From positions 1 to 62,106 of the forward strand of contig JAWVYO010000002.1 in assembly GCA_033722675.1 (NCBI GenBank): a stretch of DNA of 62,106 nt, in the 5' to 3' direction. Positions 1-9,778 of the stretch are shown here, in pieces (the stretch's first letter is position 1; each line of letters starts with the position of its first letter). The position numbers and the translations under genes were made by a program. The notes under the pieces are model-generated. The model saw nothing but the letters and a program-made list of their open reading frames with translations. It ran no database searches and was not told the DNA's origin. This DNA is from Acidimicrobiia bacterium. Its GTDB lineage: Bacteria; Actinomycetota; Acidimicrobiia; Spongiisociales; UBA11373.

Positions 1-1274
1 CCGGGGCGGCCCCCGAGCTCGAGGACGCCGAGGCCGCGCTGACGGCGGCGCGGGCCGCGGCCGCCGACGCCGCGGAGGAGGCGATGCGCACCTCGACGGC
101 GCTCGCCCGTGCGGAGGAGGCCGGGGATGCGGCACGGTCCGCCGTCGACACGGCGACGGCCGCGGTCCGCGAGGCGAAGGACGCGGTGGAGGAGGCCGAG
201 GGGTCGCGCCGCCTCGCCCTCGAGGCCGTCGAGGCGGCCCTGGGGAGCGGGGATCCCGCCGAGGCGCTGGCCGGCCACCGGGCTGCGGTGGGCGAGGCGG
301 ATGCCGCCGTCGCCGAGGCGGAGCGGCTGGTGGCCGATGCCCTCGAGGCCGAGGAGCGGGAACGCGCCCGGACGGTGGAAGCCACCGGTGCACTGGAGGA
401 GGTGCGGGACTCGCTGAACCGCCTCGCCGAGCGGCTCGGCGTCGACGGCGGGTTCGGCACGGACGCTCCTGCCCTGCGCGAGGGGCTCGGCCGGATCCGG
501 GAGGCCTGGATCGCCGGGAAGCGGGCTGCGGACGACGCCCTGACCGAGGCCACCGCGGCCCGGGAGCGGGCGGAGAAGGCGCGCGCACGGGTGCTCACCG
601 ACGCCGGCCTCGAACCGGATCTCGACCTGGCGGCCGCTCGGAGCGCTGCGGCGGCCTCCCTCGAGGAGCTGGAGCAGCAGGCGGCGACGCTTCGCAGCCG
701 GCTGGCGGAGCTCGAGGATCTCGAGGAGCGAGAGGCCGACACGATCGGCGCCCGTGACCGCCTCGAGCGGCTCGTCGCCGACCTGGCGCCGTCGCGCTTC
801 CTGCGTTTCGTGCTCGACGAGAAACGGCGGGTCCTGGCGGCGATCGGATCGGAGCGGCTGGAGGAGCTCTCCGCCGGTCGCTACCGGTTCTCCGACGACG
901 GCAGCTTCGACGTCGTGGACCTGATGGCAGCGGAGCACACGCGGCCCGCGTCGTCGCTGTCGGGCGGCGAGACGTTCCTCGCGTCTCTGGCGCTCGCCCT
1001 CGCCCTCGCCGAACTCGTGGGACGCGACGGCGGCCGGCTGGACGCCTTCTTCCTGGACGAGGGCTTCGGCTCGCTCGATCCCGAGCACCTGGACCTCGCC
1101 ATGGACGGGATCGAACGGCTCGTCGCCGGCGCCGCCGACCGTCTCGTCGTCGTGGTGAGTCACGTCCCCGCACTGCGGGAGCGGATCGAGGATCTGATCG
1201 TGCTGGACAAGCACCCGGCGACCGGCGACACGGTCGTGACCGGCGGCGCACGGCCGGGGGAGGGCGCGGCGTGA
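1..1274 (+). CDS. sbcC: SbcC/Rad50-family DNA-repair ATPase, C-terminal part (5' end outside window)
   Basis: The frame is open from the window edge. An Ala/Glu/Arg coiled coil is followed by the ABC signature LSGGETFLASLALALALAE, Walker B/D-loop FFLDEGFGSLD and H-loop VVVSH. Confidence 0.8.
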   Translation, partial: GAAPELEDAEAALTAARAAAADAAEEAMRTSTALARAEEAGDAARSAVDTATAAVREAKDAVEEAEGSRRLALEAVEAALGSGDPAEALAGHRAAVGEADAAVAEAERLVADALEAEERERARTVEATGALEEVRDSLNRLAERLGVDGGFGTDAPALREGLGRIREAWIAGKRAADDALTEATAARERAEKARARVLTDAGLEPDLDLAAARSAAAASLEELEQQAATLRSRLAELEDLEEREADTIGARDRLERLVADLAPSRFLRFVLDEKRRVLAAIGSERLEELSAGRYRFSDDGSFDVVDLMAAEHTRPASSLSGGETFLASLALALALAELVGRDGGRLDAFFLDEGFGSLDPEHLDLAMDGIERLVAGAADRLVVVVSHVPALRERIEDLIVLDKHPATGDTVVTGGARPGEGAA

Positions 1275-2413
1275 CGGGACCACTCGCCGGCATCGAGGTC
1301 GTGGAGCTCGCCGGGATCGGACCCGTCCCATGGGCGGCGACCATGCTGTCGGACCTCGGCGCGTCGGTCGTCCGCGTCGATCGTCCGGTTCCCGGTCCCG
1401 GCGAGCTGATCCCGACGCACCGTGATCCGATGAACCGGGGGCGGCGGTCGGTGGCCGTCGACCTGAAGCATTCCGACGGCGTCGAGGCGGTCCTGCGTCT
1501 CGTCGACCGGGCCGACGTGCTGCTCGAGGGACTCAGGCCGGGTGTGGTGGAACGACTCGGTCTCGGGCCCGACGTGTGCCGGGACCGCAACCGGCGTCTC
1601 GTCTACGCCCGGCTCACGGGATGGGGCCAGGAGGGTCCGCTGGCGTCGACCGCCGGGCACGACATCGACTACCTCGCCGTCGCCGGTGCCCTGGGCTCGA
1701 TCGGCCGAGCCGGTGGGCCACCGGTTCCGCCCGTCAACTACCTGGCGGACTTCGGCGGCGGCGCGATGTTCGCGGTGGCCGGCGTGCTCGCCGCGCTCGT
1801 GGAGCGCGCCTCTTCCGGCCTCGGTCAGGTGGTCGACGCGGCGATGGTCGACGGCGTCGCCATGCTCCAACTGCTCACCTTCAGCATGCTCGGCAGCGGA
1901 CTGTGGACCGATCGCCGGGGCGCCAACCTGCTCGACGGAGGCGCTCCGTTCTACGACACGTACGAGTGCGCGGACGGCGGGTTCGTGGCCGTGGGGGCGC
2001 TGGAACCGCAGTTCTTCGCCGCCCTGGTGGCCGGGCTGGGCATCGAGGTGGATCCGTCCGCGCAGTTCGATCGCGAGGCGTGGCCGGCGTTGCGTTCGGC
2101 CCTCGCCGGGGCGTTCCTCGCCAGGACCCGGGACGAATGGGCGGAGGTGTTCGCCGGCACGGACGCCTGTGTCGCACCGGTTCTCGGACTCGTCGAGGCG
2201 ACGGAGCATGCCCACATGGCGGCGCGCGATGCCTGGGTGGACGTGGAGGGGGTGATCCAGCCGGCGCCGGCCCCGCGGTTCGAGCGGACACCGGCTGCCG
2301 ATCCGGAGCCGCCCCGGCGCCGAGGCGCGGACACGCGGGAGGTGCTCGCCGAACTCGGGTACACCGACGAGCAGATCGAGGCGCTGGTCGCGACGCGAGC
2401 CGTCTCGGGCTGA
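1271..2413 (+). CDS. mcr: Family III CoA-transferase, alpha-methylacyl-CoA racemase-like
   Basis: The N-terminus PLAGIEVVELAGIGPVPWAATMLSDLGASVVRVDRP closely resembles mycobacterial Mcr/CaiB-BaiF proteins. The GTG start overlaps the sbcC stop (GTGA). Confidence 0.8.
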   Translation: MTGPLAGIEVVELAGIGPVPWAATMLSDLGASVVRVDRPVPGPGELIPTHRDPMNRGRRSVAVDLKHSDGVEAVLRLVDRADVLLEGLRPGVVERLGLGPDVCRDRNRRLVYARLTGWGQEGPLASTAGHDIDYLAVAGALGSIGRAGGPPVPPVNYLADFGGGAMFAVAGVLAALVERASSGLGQVVDAAMVDGVAMLQLLTFSMLGSGLWTDRRGANLLDGGAPFYDTYECADGGFVAVGALEPQFFAALVAGLGIEVDPSAQFDREAWPALRSALAGAFLARTRDEWAEVFAGTDACVAPVLGLVEATEHAHMAARDAWVDVEGVIQPAPAPRFERTPAADPEPPRRRGADTREVLAELGYTDEQIEALVATRAVSG

Positions 2414-2433
2414 CGAACTACCATCGCCGCCTC

Positions 2434-3510
2434 GTGGCACGTGTCGGCATCGTCGGGCTCCCCAACGTCGGGAAGACCACCCTCTTCAACGCTCTCACGG
2501 GACTGACCGCGCCCACGGCGGCCCACCCCTTCTCGACGGCCGAGCCGAACGTGGGTGTCGCCCGCGTGCCCGACGTGATGCTGGAGCGCGCCGCCGAGGT
2601 GGAGGCGTCGAAGAAGACCGTCCATGCCACGCTCGACCTCCTCGACCTGCCCGCGATCGCCGGTCCCGGCGGCGGCGGCTTCGGGGCGCAGTTCCTCGGC
2701 CGGCTCCGGGAGATGGACGCCCTGGCGATGGTGCTGCGGGCCTTCGCAGACGACGCCGTCCCCGACGACGAGTCGGGGACCGACCCGGTCGATCAGGCGG
2801 AGGGGCTCCTGCTGGAACTGGCGCTCGCCGACGCCGAGGTGTTCGCCCGCAAGCGCGATCGGATCGTGAAGGAGGCGACGGCCGATGCCTCGAAGAAGCG
2901 GGCGGCCGCCGCCGTCGAGCGGGCCACGGAACTGCTCGAGGCGGGGACCGCACTCCGCAGCGAGTCGTGGACCGAGGAGGAGCTCTCCGCCTTCCGCGAT
3001 CTGGCGCCGCTCACCCTGAAGCCGGCCGTTTGGGTGGTGAACGTCGCCGAGGACGAGACGGACGCCGCCGCCCTGGCGGCATCCGTGGGCGCGGTGGTGC
3101 CGGCGGGCGACACGGTCGTGTCGCTCTCCGCGGCGATCGAGGAGGAGGGCGCGGCGCTCGACCCCGACGATCGGGCCGAGCTGTTCGAGGGGCTGGGTCT
3201 CGGGGAGGGGGCGCTCGCCACGATGGTCCGGGCGACGTATGACGCCCTCGGCCTCATCTCCTTCTACACCGTCGGCCCGAAGGAGTCCCACGCCTGGACC
3301 GTTCGCCGCGGGGCAGGCGCCCGGGAGGCGGCCGGCAAGATCCACAGCGACCTCGAGCGAGGCTTCATCCGCGCCGAGGTGGCGCCGATCGAGGACGTGC
3401 TCGACGCCGGCGGCTGGGATGCCGCAAAGGCGGCGGGGGCCGTGCGACTCGAGGGCAAGGACTACGAGGTCGCCGAGGGTGACGTGCTGGTGGTCCGCTT
3501 CAGCGTGTGA
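2434..3510 (+). CDS. ychF: Redox-regulated ribosome-binding ATPase YchF
   Basis: VARVGIVGLPNVGKTTLFNALTG P-loop at the N-terminus and a C-terminal TGS-like LEGKDYEVAEGDVLVVRF. The in-frame GTG at 2434 gives the canonical YchF N-terminus. Confidence 0.9.
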   Translation: MARVGIVGLPNVGKTTLFNALTGLTAPTAAHPFSTAEPNVGVARVPDVMLERAAEVEASKKTVHATLDLLDLPAIAGPGGGGFGAQFLGRLREMDALAMVLRAFADDAVPDDESGTDPVDQAEGLLLELALADAEVFARKRDRIVKEATADASKKRAAAAVERATELLEAGTALRSESWTEEELSAFRDLAPLTLKPAVWVVNVAEDETDAAALAASVGAVVPAGDTVVSLSAAIEEEGAALDPDDRAELFEGLGLGEGALATMVRATYDALGLISFYTVGPKESHAWTVRRGAGAREAAGKIHSDLERGFIRAEVAPIEDVLDAGGWDAAKAAGAVRLEGKDYEVAEGDVLVVRFSV

Positions 3511-3562
3511 TCGGCGGTCATAATGACGTGATCCGGGGAGCGAACGCGGGAGAGGATCCACC

Positions 3563-5005
3563 ATGAAGGCGATCGTCGTGGGCGCGGGCGGCGCCACACG
3601 TGCGCTCCTCCGGCGCCTCGGGGACATCTGGGACGCCACGGTCATCGACATCGACGCCGATCGGCTCACCCACGCCAAGCAGGCCCGGGACATCGCGACG
3701 CTCCAGGGGGACGGGTCGAGCCGGGTGGTGCTGGAGCGGGCCGGCATCGCCGACGCCGACGCCCTCGTGGCCGCGACGAACGACGACGACGTCAACCTGG
3801 CCGTCTGCGAGCTCGGCAAGGAGTACGGCTTGCTGCGCATCGCCGCCGTCGTGTACGACCCCGACCGCCTCGGCGAGTATCGGGCGCTCCACGTGCCCGC
3901 CTTCGCGCCGGCGAACCTGGCGGCGCGTCAGCTGGAGTTGAGTCTCGAGCCGCGTCGTGTGTCGTCGACCGCGTTCGCCCACGGCCGCGCCGAGGCCATC
4001 GAGTTCGAGATCGCCCCCGACAGCCCCGTCCGCGGCCAGAGTCTGCGGGACCTCGCCTCGCAGAGCTGGCTCGTGGCCGCGATCCTGCGCGACGATCGCC
4101 TCATCGTTCCCCACGGCAACACGGTCCTCGAGACCGGCGACCTCGTGACCGTCGTCGGGGCCGCCTCCGACTTCTCCCTGCTCGTTCGGACGTTCACGGC
4201 CGGCCAGGCTCGATTCCCCCTCGACTGGGGGCAGAGCGTCACGGCGGTGCTCACGTCGCGCGCCGATCTGGAGGGCCCCATCACCGAGGCCATCAGCCTC
4301 ACCCGCAACAGCCAGGCCTCCTCGATGCTCATCGTGCACCGCGACATCGGGGACATCCGGGACGAGGGCGAGGCCGCCGAGGTCGAGGAGATGCTCGTCG
4401 AGATCGACGAGATGGCCGAAGGCGTCGAGGTCCGACGCCGACCGGTGTCGGGCGCACCCATGAAGGGCCTCGCCGACGTCCTCGCCGAGGAGAGCACCGG
4501 TGTCGTGGTCATCGATGCGCCATCGGGCGGCCTGTTCCGCCGCTTCCGCGCCACCTCGGCGCTGCGCCTCGCCCAGCGGCTCCAGCGACCGGTGCTGTTC
4601 TCGCGATCCTCCCACCCCTACGAGCAGATCGTCGCCCCGGCCCGGGACTCCAACCCCGGATGGGCGGCCGCCCGTGCCGCCATCGACCTGGCCGCCTTCG
4701 GAAAGGCGGAGCTCACGGGCGTGGCGGCGGTGCCGCCGGTCTTCATCACGGGTGCCGACGGACGTGATGCCGCGCTCCGCGCCCTCATCCGGCTCCGGGA
4801 GGAGGCTGCGGTGCAGGGGGTCCCGGTCCGCCGTCGCCTCCGCCAGGGCAACCCGGTCCGCATCCTCGACGAGGCGGCCGACTCGGGCGACCTCGTGGTC
4901 GTCGGCATGCCCGAGCGCGGCGCGAGCTTCTTCCGTCCCGGCATCGTGGGATTGCTCCTCACCCGAGCGTCGACGTCGACCCTCGTCGTGCCGGTCCAGC
5001 AGTGA
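3563..5005 (+). CDS. RCK (TrkA-N/TrkA-C) regulatory protein fused to two universal-stress-protein-like domains
   Basis: MKAIVVGAGGATRALL Rossmann GxGxxG motif and a TrkA-C-like segment (IEFEIAPDSPVRGQSLRDL...GDLVTVVG). The C-terminal half has two USP-like repeats ending in STLVVP. A GGGAGAGGA SD-like sequence lies upstream. Confidence 0.75.
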   Translation: MKAIVVGAGGATRALLRRLGDIWDATVIDIDADRLTHAKQARDIATLQGDGSSRVVLERAGIADADALVAATNDDDVNLAVCELGKEYGLLRIAAVVYDPDRLGEYRALHVPAFAPANLAARQLELSLEPRRVSSTAFAHGRAEAIEFEIAPDSPVRGQSLRDLASQSWLVAAILRDDRLIVPHGNTVLETGDLVTVVGAASDFSLLVRTFTAGQARFPLDWGQSVTAVLTSRADLEGPITEAISLTRNSQASSMLIVHRDIGDIRDEGEAAEVEEMLVEIDEMAEGVEVRRRPVSGAPMKGLADVLAEESTGVVVIDAPSGGLFRRFRATSALRLAQRLQRPVLFSRSSHPYEQIVAPARDSNPGWAAARAAIDLAAFGKAELTGVAAVPPVFITGADGRDAALRALIRLREEAAVQGVPVRRRLRQGNPVRILDEAADSGDLVVVGMPERGASFFRPGIVGLLLTRASTSTLVVPVQQ

Positions 5006-6246
5006 CGGCGATCCTCGCCGCGGCGGAGGGGGGTGCGGGGCAGCACGGCATCGCCACGCCCGTGTCGCTCATCCTGATCGCCGGTGCGGCCTTCCTCCTG
5101 CCGCTCCTCGCCGGGCGGCTCCGCGTGCCCGCCATCGTCCTCGAGATCCTGTTCGGCATCGCGGTGGGCCCGGTCCTCCAGGTCATCGAGCCCGGGGAGG
5201 AGCTCCTCGGCTTCCTCGCCGAGTTCGGCCTGTTCCTGCTCATGTTCCTGGCGGGGTTCGAGATCGACTTCACCAGGCTGGAGCGCCAGGGTCCCGCCCG
5301 GCTCGCCACGGGCGTCGTCCTGTTCGCAGCGTTCTTCGGGGTTGCCTGGATCGGCGCCGAGTTCCTCGAAGTGACCTCGGCGGACGGTCGTCTGTTCCTG
5401 GCGTTCCTGTTGTCGGCAGCGGCCCTCGGCATCGTGGTGCCGGCGCTGCGCGAGACGAGACGCTCTGCCACGTCGGTCGGCCAGGTCATCCTCATCGCGG
5501 CGATGTTCGCCGAGGTGTTGAGCCTCGTCGGGATCGTCGTGCAGACGGTCTTCGTCGAGAGCGGCGGCTTCGGGTGGCGGCTCCTGTCGATCCCCGCCCT
5601 CGTGGCGTCGATGCTCGTGCTCCTGGCGCTCCTTCGCCGTGCGGCGTGGTGGCATCCCGAGAGGTTCGAGCGGTGGTTCCGCTCCGACGATCCCCAGGAG
5701 ATGGGTACCCGGGCGACGCTGGCGCTGCTGTTCATCTTCGTGGGGATCTCGGCGCTGCTGGAGATCGAGGCGATCCTCGGGGCGTTCCTCGCGGGGGCGA
5801 TGTTCACCTTCGTGTTCCGTGATCCCGGGCCGCTGGAGGAGCAGCTCAACGGCTTCTCGTTCGGCTTCTTCATCCCGATCTTCTTCATCAACGTCGGGAT
5901 CGAGTTCCCCCTCGACGAGCTGTCGGACCCGGCGGTGCTCGGCGAGGCGGTCACGCTGATCGGCATCGCCTTCGTCGTGAAGCTGCTTCCGTCGCTCCTC
6001 CTCGTCTTCCAGCGCTTCTCGCTGCGCGAATCCCTCGCCGCGGGGATGATTCTCGCGGGCCAGCTCAGCGTGATCATCGCGCTGGCCGATCTCGGCCTCG
6101 ACCTGGGCCTCCTCACCACCGGCCAGCGTGCCGGCGCGATCATGCTCGTCGCCGTCTCGGCAATCGTGTCGCCGATCGCCTTTCGGCTCCTCGCGCCGCC
6201 CCTGCCGGCGAAGGAGGACACGGTGCCGCCCCGTTCCGGGAGCTGA
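5002..6246 (+). CDS. Cation:proton antiporter (CPA2/Kef-type membrane domain)
   Basis: Polytopic hydrophobic protein with Na+/H+-exchanger-like segments (FLLMFLAGFEIDF, GAFLAGAMF). The GTG start overlaps the upstream stop (GTGA). Confidence 0.85.
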   Translation: MTAILAAAEGGAGQHGIATPVSLILIAGAAFLLPLLAGRLRVPAIVLEILFGIAVGPVLQVIEPGEELLGFLAEFGLFLLMFLAGFEIDFTRLERQGPARLATGVVLFAAFFGVAWIGAEFLEVTSADGRLFLAFLLSAAALGIVVPALRETRRSATSVGQVILIAAMFAEVLSLVGIVVQTVFVESGGFGWRLLSIPALVASMLVLLALLRRAAWWHPERFERWFRSDDPQEMGTRATLALLFIFVGISALLEIEAILGAFLAGAMFTFVFRDPGPLEEQLNGFSFGFFIPIFFINVGIEFPLDELSDPAVLGEAVTLIGIAFVVKLLPSLLLVFQRFSLRESLAAGMILAGQLSVIIALADLGLDLGLLTTGQRAGAIMLVAVSAIVSPIAFRLLAPPLPAKEDTVPPRSGS

Positions 6247-6248
6247 CC

Positions 6249-6704
6249 GTGCGGGTCGTCGTCCAGCGCGTCGCCGGGGCCGCCGTGGCGGTCGACGGCG
6301 ATCGGGTGGGCTCGATCGACACGGGCCTGCTCGCGCTCCTCGGCGTCGCCGACGGCGACGGTCCCGACGACGTCGACGTGCTCGTGGACAAGCTCGTCGG
6401 CCTGCGGGTCTTTCCCGACGACGAGGGCCGGATGAACCGGTCGGTCGCCGATGCCGGCGGCTCCGTGCTGCTCGTCAGCCAGTTCACGCTCCTCGCCGAC
6501 GTCCGCAGGGGGCGGCGACCGTCGTTCACCGGTGCTGCCGACCCCGCCGTGGCCGAGCCGCTCGTCGACCGGGCGGCGGAGCGGATCCGGGCGGCGGGGG
6601 TGCCGTGCGCCACCGGGACGTTCGGCGCCGCCATGGAGGTGTCGCTCGTGAACGACGGACCGGTCACGATCGTCCTCGACGTCGTCGGCGGCCGGGTGCG
6701 CTAG
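6249..6704 (+). CDS. dtd: D-aminoacyl-tRNA deacylase
   Basis: MRVVVQRV...GLLALLGV...LLVSQFTL...RRGRRPSF...VSLVNDGPVT matches the Dtd consensus along its full length. Confidence 0.9.
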   Translation: MRVVVQRVAGAAVAVDGDRVGSIDTGLLALLGVADGDGPDDVDVLVDKLVGLRVFPDDEGRMNRSVADAGGSVLLVSQFTLLADVRRGRRPSFTGAADPAVAEPLVDRAAERIRAAGVPCATGTFGAAMEVSLVNDGPVTIVLDVVGGRVR

Positions 6705-9700
6705 CGGGGCGAGCGGCCGGTCGCCTCCAGCCAGGCGCTTCCGGGCTCGCAGAACCTGGTGAAGTCGCAGGTGCGGCACGCCTCCGATGGCTCCGGGTCG
6801 TACTGCTCGTCGCGGGCGGCGGCGACGAGGCGTGCGAGGTCGTCACGGGCGGCGGCGAGCCACGCTTCGTCGACGTCGGTCCCCACCTCGGTGAGGCCGT
6901 CGCCCAGGTAGACGAAGGCGACCCGGACGGAGGACGGCGGCTCGGGCGAGAACGCGGCGTCGTCGACCGCCACCGCGTACGCCTGGAGCTGGACGCGCTG
7001 GGGACCGTCGTCGCGGGCCCGGCCGCTCTTGAAGTCGACGACCTCCCATCGGCCGGGCGACGGCTCGTAGACCGCGTCGATCCGTCCGCTCACCCGGGCG
7101 TCGGCCACCGCCAGTTCGAAGGGTGCCTCCACGAGGATCGGGCGGTCCTCGGCGAACCGCGATGCGGAGAAGGACGCGAACGCCGACACCCCCTCGCCGG
7201 TGGTCGGCCGATCCGGGACGTCGTAGAAGTCCTCGGTGGCCTCGTCGAGGGCCATCGAGCCGCGGTTGTGGAGCTCGATGCGCCGGTGGAGTTCGATGCC
7301 CCTGCGCATCGCCGGGGACGGCCGCCGCGGGAGTCGGTCGACCTCGCTCCAGAAGAACCGCCGCGGACAGGTCGCGTAGGTGACGAGGCCGGTGACCGAG
7401 GTCCGGAAGCCGTCGTCTCCGTCGTCGACGGTGGGGACCGTCGGGAGATCGTCGAGCGTCATGCGGAGCTGGTCCATGCGCGCATCGTATGCGTCGGTGA
7501 CGTCGAGCTCTCCGGCGAGACGGCGGGGCTCGTCGGGCCGTTCGAGGGTCGCGCCGAGCACGCGGCGCCAGCCCCCGGGTATCGGGTCGGGTGAGGGCAC
7601 GTCGCCGGCGACGATGCCCGGCCGGGATGGCGGATCGCCGGCATCCTCGACCCAGACTTCGACGGAGGCGGCCGGCTGGTCGCGACCCACGAGGTGGAGG
7701 TCGCTCGGCGGTTTCGGCTGTTTCTCGGAGTACCAGTGCGCCGAGGTGGCGACGAGGAGCGACTTGGCGCGGGTCACGGCGACGTAGGCGGTGCGCCACT
7801 CCTGGGCGTCGCGGGCGCGGCGGTAGTGGTCGGTGCGTGCCGAGCCGGCCTCGGCCGGTGGCGCCTCGATCCACCGGGCGTCGAGCCGGAGCTCGTGGGG
7901 CACGTGATCGGCGCGGCGGTCGGGGTCGGGCAGGGCACCGGTGGTGGAGGGAAAGATCCCGCGGGCCAGGGCGGGGAGCACGACGACGGGCCATTCCAGG
8001 CCCTTCGCCCGGTGCACGGTGAGGAGTCCGACGGCGTCCTCGCCACCCACCGACGCCGTGTCGAGCTCGTTGGCGGCGTCGTCGTCCTCGAGGACCTCCA
8101 GGTGGTCGAGGAACGCCTCGAGGGTCGGGGTCCCGGTGAGGGGGCTCCACGCCTCGGCCAGATCGAGGAACCGGTACAGGTTGAGACGGGTCGAGAGCCG
8201 GTGGGCGTCGGCGAGGGCCTCGACCTCCAGCCACGCATCGGTCTCGTCGAGGATCGTGCGGCAGAGCTCGGCCAGCCCCATGCTGTGGGCGGCCGTCAGG
8301 AGTCGCCGGTACCGGTCGCGGAACCGCTCGAGGCGTCGCCGGGCCTCCGGCTCGAGCTCGGGCAGGTCCTCCAGGCGGTCCACCGCCTCGAGGATCGCCG
8401 CCCCCACGCCCTCGGTGTCGTCCCGTGACGCCCGACGGTGACGCCGCACCCACGCGGAGACGGGGACGAGGTCGCCGAGACCGAGCCGGTAGGTGGAGCC
8501 GAGGGCGAGCCGGGCGAAGGCGGGGGCGTCGTCGGGCCGGCCGAGCACGCGGAGCCAGGCGTGGAGGTCGGCGACCTCTGGGATCTGGAGAAGCCCTCCG
8601 AGGGCGGCGACCTCGACGGGCACGTCGCGGCGCTCCAGCGCCTCGCGGACCGTGGCGATCTGGCCGTGGCGGCGGAAGAGGATCCCGATGTCGCGCCATG
8701 CGACGTCCTCCTCGTCGTGGAGCCGCACGATCCGTTCGGCGATCCACTCCGCCTCGTCGAGGTCCGTACGGAGCCGGGCGACCTCGATCCTGCCCGGCGG
8801 CGCGGCGGGGTCGGGACGCAGCTGGTCGACACCCCCCGCGCCGATCCGGGACCGCACCGCCTCGGCGTAGGCGACGATGGCCGAGCCCGACCGGCGGTTC
8901 ACCGACAGCGCCCGGTCGCCGGCCGGCGTGCCGTCGCGCTTCGGGAAGTGCTCGCCGAAGCGTGCGAAGTTGGCGAGCGATGCCCCCCGCCACTCGTAGA
9001 TGGTCTGATCGGGGTCGCCCACCGCCGTCACGGAGGAGCCCGAGCCGAAGAGGACGCGCAGGAGCTCGCGCTGTGCCGGATTGGTGTCCTGGTACTCGTC
9101 GAGGAGGACGACGCGGTAGCGGCCGGCGATCCGGCGAGCGATCGGCGGATGCTCGACGAGGAGGCGGTGGGCGAGGAGCACGAGGTCGCCGTAGTCGACG
9201 AGTCCGAGTTCCCGCTTGCGGCGCTCGTAGGCAGCGAGCGCCGTCGCCAGCTCGCGTCGGGCGGGGGCGGCGCCTGCGGTGTCGTCGTGGTCGAGGAGGG
9301 CCGAGGCGTCGAGCAGGTGGTCGGCCAGGCGGGTGGAGAGGGCTGCGAGGTCGCCGATGCGTTGGGGGCGGGCGGTCAGGTCGAGGTGGACGCGCGGCTC
9401 CGCTCCCAGCGCCTCCGAGAGCAGCTGACGGGCGGAGCCGGTGGAGACGACCGGGGTGTCGCGTCGAACGCCGACGAGGGCGCCGTACTCGCGGAGGATC
9501 GCGTGGGCGAAGCCGTGATACGTGAGGACCTCGACCTGGCGTCCCGCTTCGGCGAGGTCGGGGAGGCGGTCCCGGAGGCGGTCTGCCAGTTCCTCGGCCG
9601 CCTTGTTGGTGAAGGTGATGCCCAGCGCCTGCTCCGGCTCGACACCGTCGCGAACGAGCCGTTCGAGACGAGCGGCCATCGTGGTGGTCTTGCCGGTGCC

Positions 9701-9778
9701 GGCGCCGGCGACGACCCGCAGGGGCTCGTCGGCCGCGTGGTCGACGACCGCCGCCTGTTCGGTGCTCGGAAAGCTCAT
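6701..9778 (-). CDS. adnB: UvrD-like helicase / RecB-type Fe-S nuclease subunit (AdnB-like)
   Basis: MSFPSTEQAAVV...VVAGAGTGKTTTM Walker A, VVLLDEYQDTNP, and a C-terminal PD-(D/E)XK domain with Cys cluster CPRRFF...CRTCDFTRFC. The ATG at 9776-9778 overlaps the upstream stop (ATGA). The longer ORF to 10582 is an Arg-rich shadow. Confidence 0.8.
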   Translation of the reverse strand: MSFPSTEQAAVVDHAADEPLRVVAGAGTGKTTTMAARLERLVRDGVEPEQALGITFTNKAAEELADRLRDRLPDLAEAGRQVEVLTYHGFAHAILREYGALVGVRRDTPVVSTGSARQLLSEALGAEPRVHLDLTARPQRIGDLAALSTRLADHLLDASALLDHDDTAGAAPARRELATALAAYERRKRELGLVDYGDLVLLAHRLLVEHPPIARRIAGRYRVVLLDEYQDTNPAQRELLRVLFGSGSSVTAVGDPDQTIYEWRGASLANFARFGEHFPKRDGTPAGDRALSVNRRSGSAIVAYAEAVRSRIGAGGVDQLRPDPAAPPGRIEVARLRTDLDEAEWIAERIVRLHDEEDVAWRDIGILFRRHGQIATVREALERRDVPVEVAALGGLLQIPEVADLHAWLRVLGRPDDAPAFARLALGSTYRLGLGDLVPVSAWVRRHRRASRDDTEGVGAAILEAVDRLEDLPELEPEARRRLERFRDRYRRLLTAAHSMGLAELCRTILDETDAWLEVEALADAHRLSTRLNLYRFLDLAEAWSPLTGTPTLEAFLDHLEVLEDDDAANELDTASVGGEDAVGLLTVHRAKGLEWPVVVLPALARGIFPSTTGALPDPDRRADHVPHELRLDARWIEAPPAEAGSARTDHYRRARDAQEWRTAYVAVTRAKSLLVATSAHWYSEKQPKPPSDLHLVGRDQPAASVEVWVEDAGDPPSRPGIVAGDVPSPDPIPGGWRRVLGATLERPDEPRRLAGELDVTDAYDARMDQLRMTLDDLPTVPTVDDGDDGFRTSVTGLVTYATCPRRFFWSEVDRLPRRPSPAMRRGIELHRRIELHNRGSMALDEATEDFYDVPDRPTTGEGVSAFASFSASRFAEDRPILVEAPFELAVADARVSGRIDAVYEPSPGRWEVVDFKSGRARDDGPQRVQLQAYAVAVDDAAFSPEPPSSVRVAFVYLGDGLTEVGTDVDEAWLAAARDDLARLVAAARDEQYDPEPSEACRTCDFTRFCEPGSAWLEATGRSPR

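Noticed and set aside
595-3840. Long ORFs antisense to or out of frame with sbcC/mcr/ychF (for example 595..1590 -, 1160..2440 -, 1951..3840 -, 1576..3510 + upstream part). Similar giants occur elsewhere (6843..8993 -, 10015..12402 +, 12399..15353 +, 40434..44624 -, 57847..60972 + upstream part).
   Set aside because: Their translations are dominated by Arg/Pro/Gly/Ala runs, which is typical of stop-poor alternative frames in high-GC DNA. Each overlaps a gene with clear family motifs in another frame.
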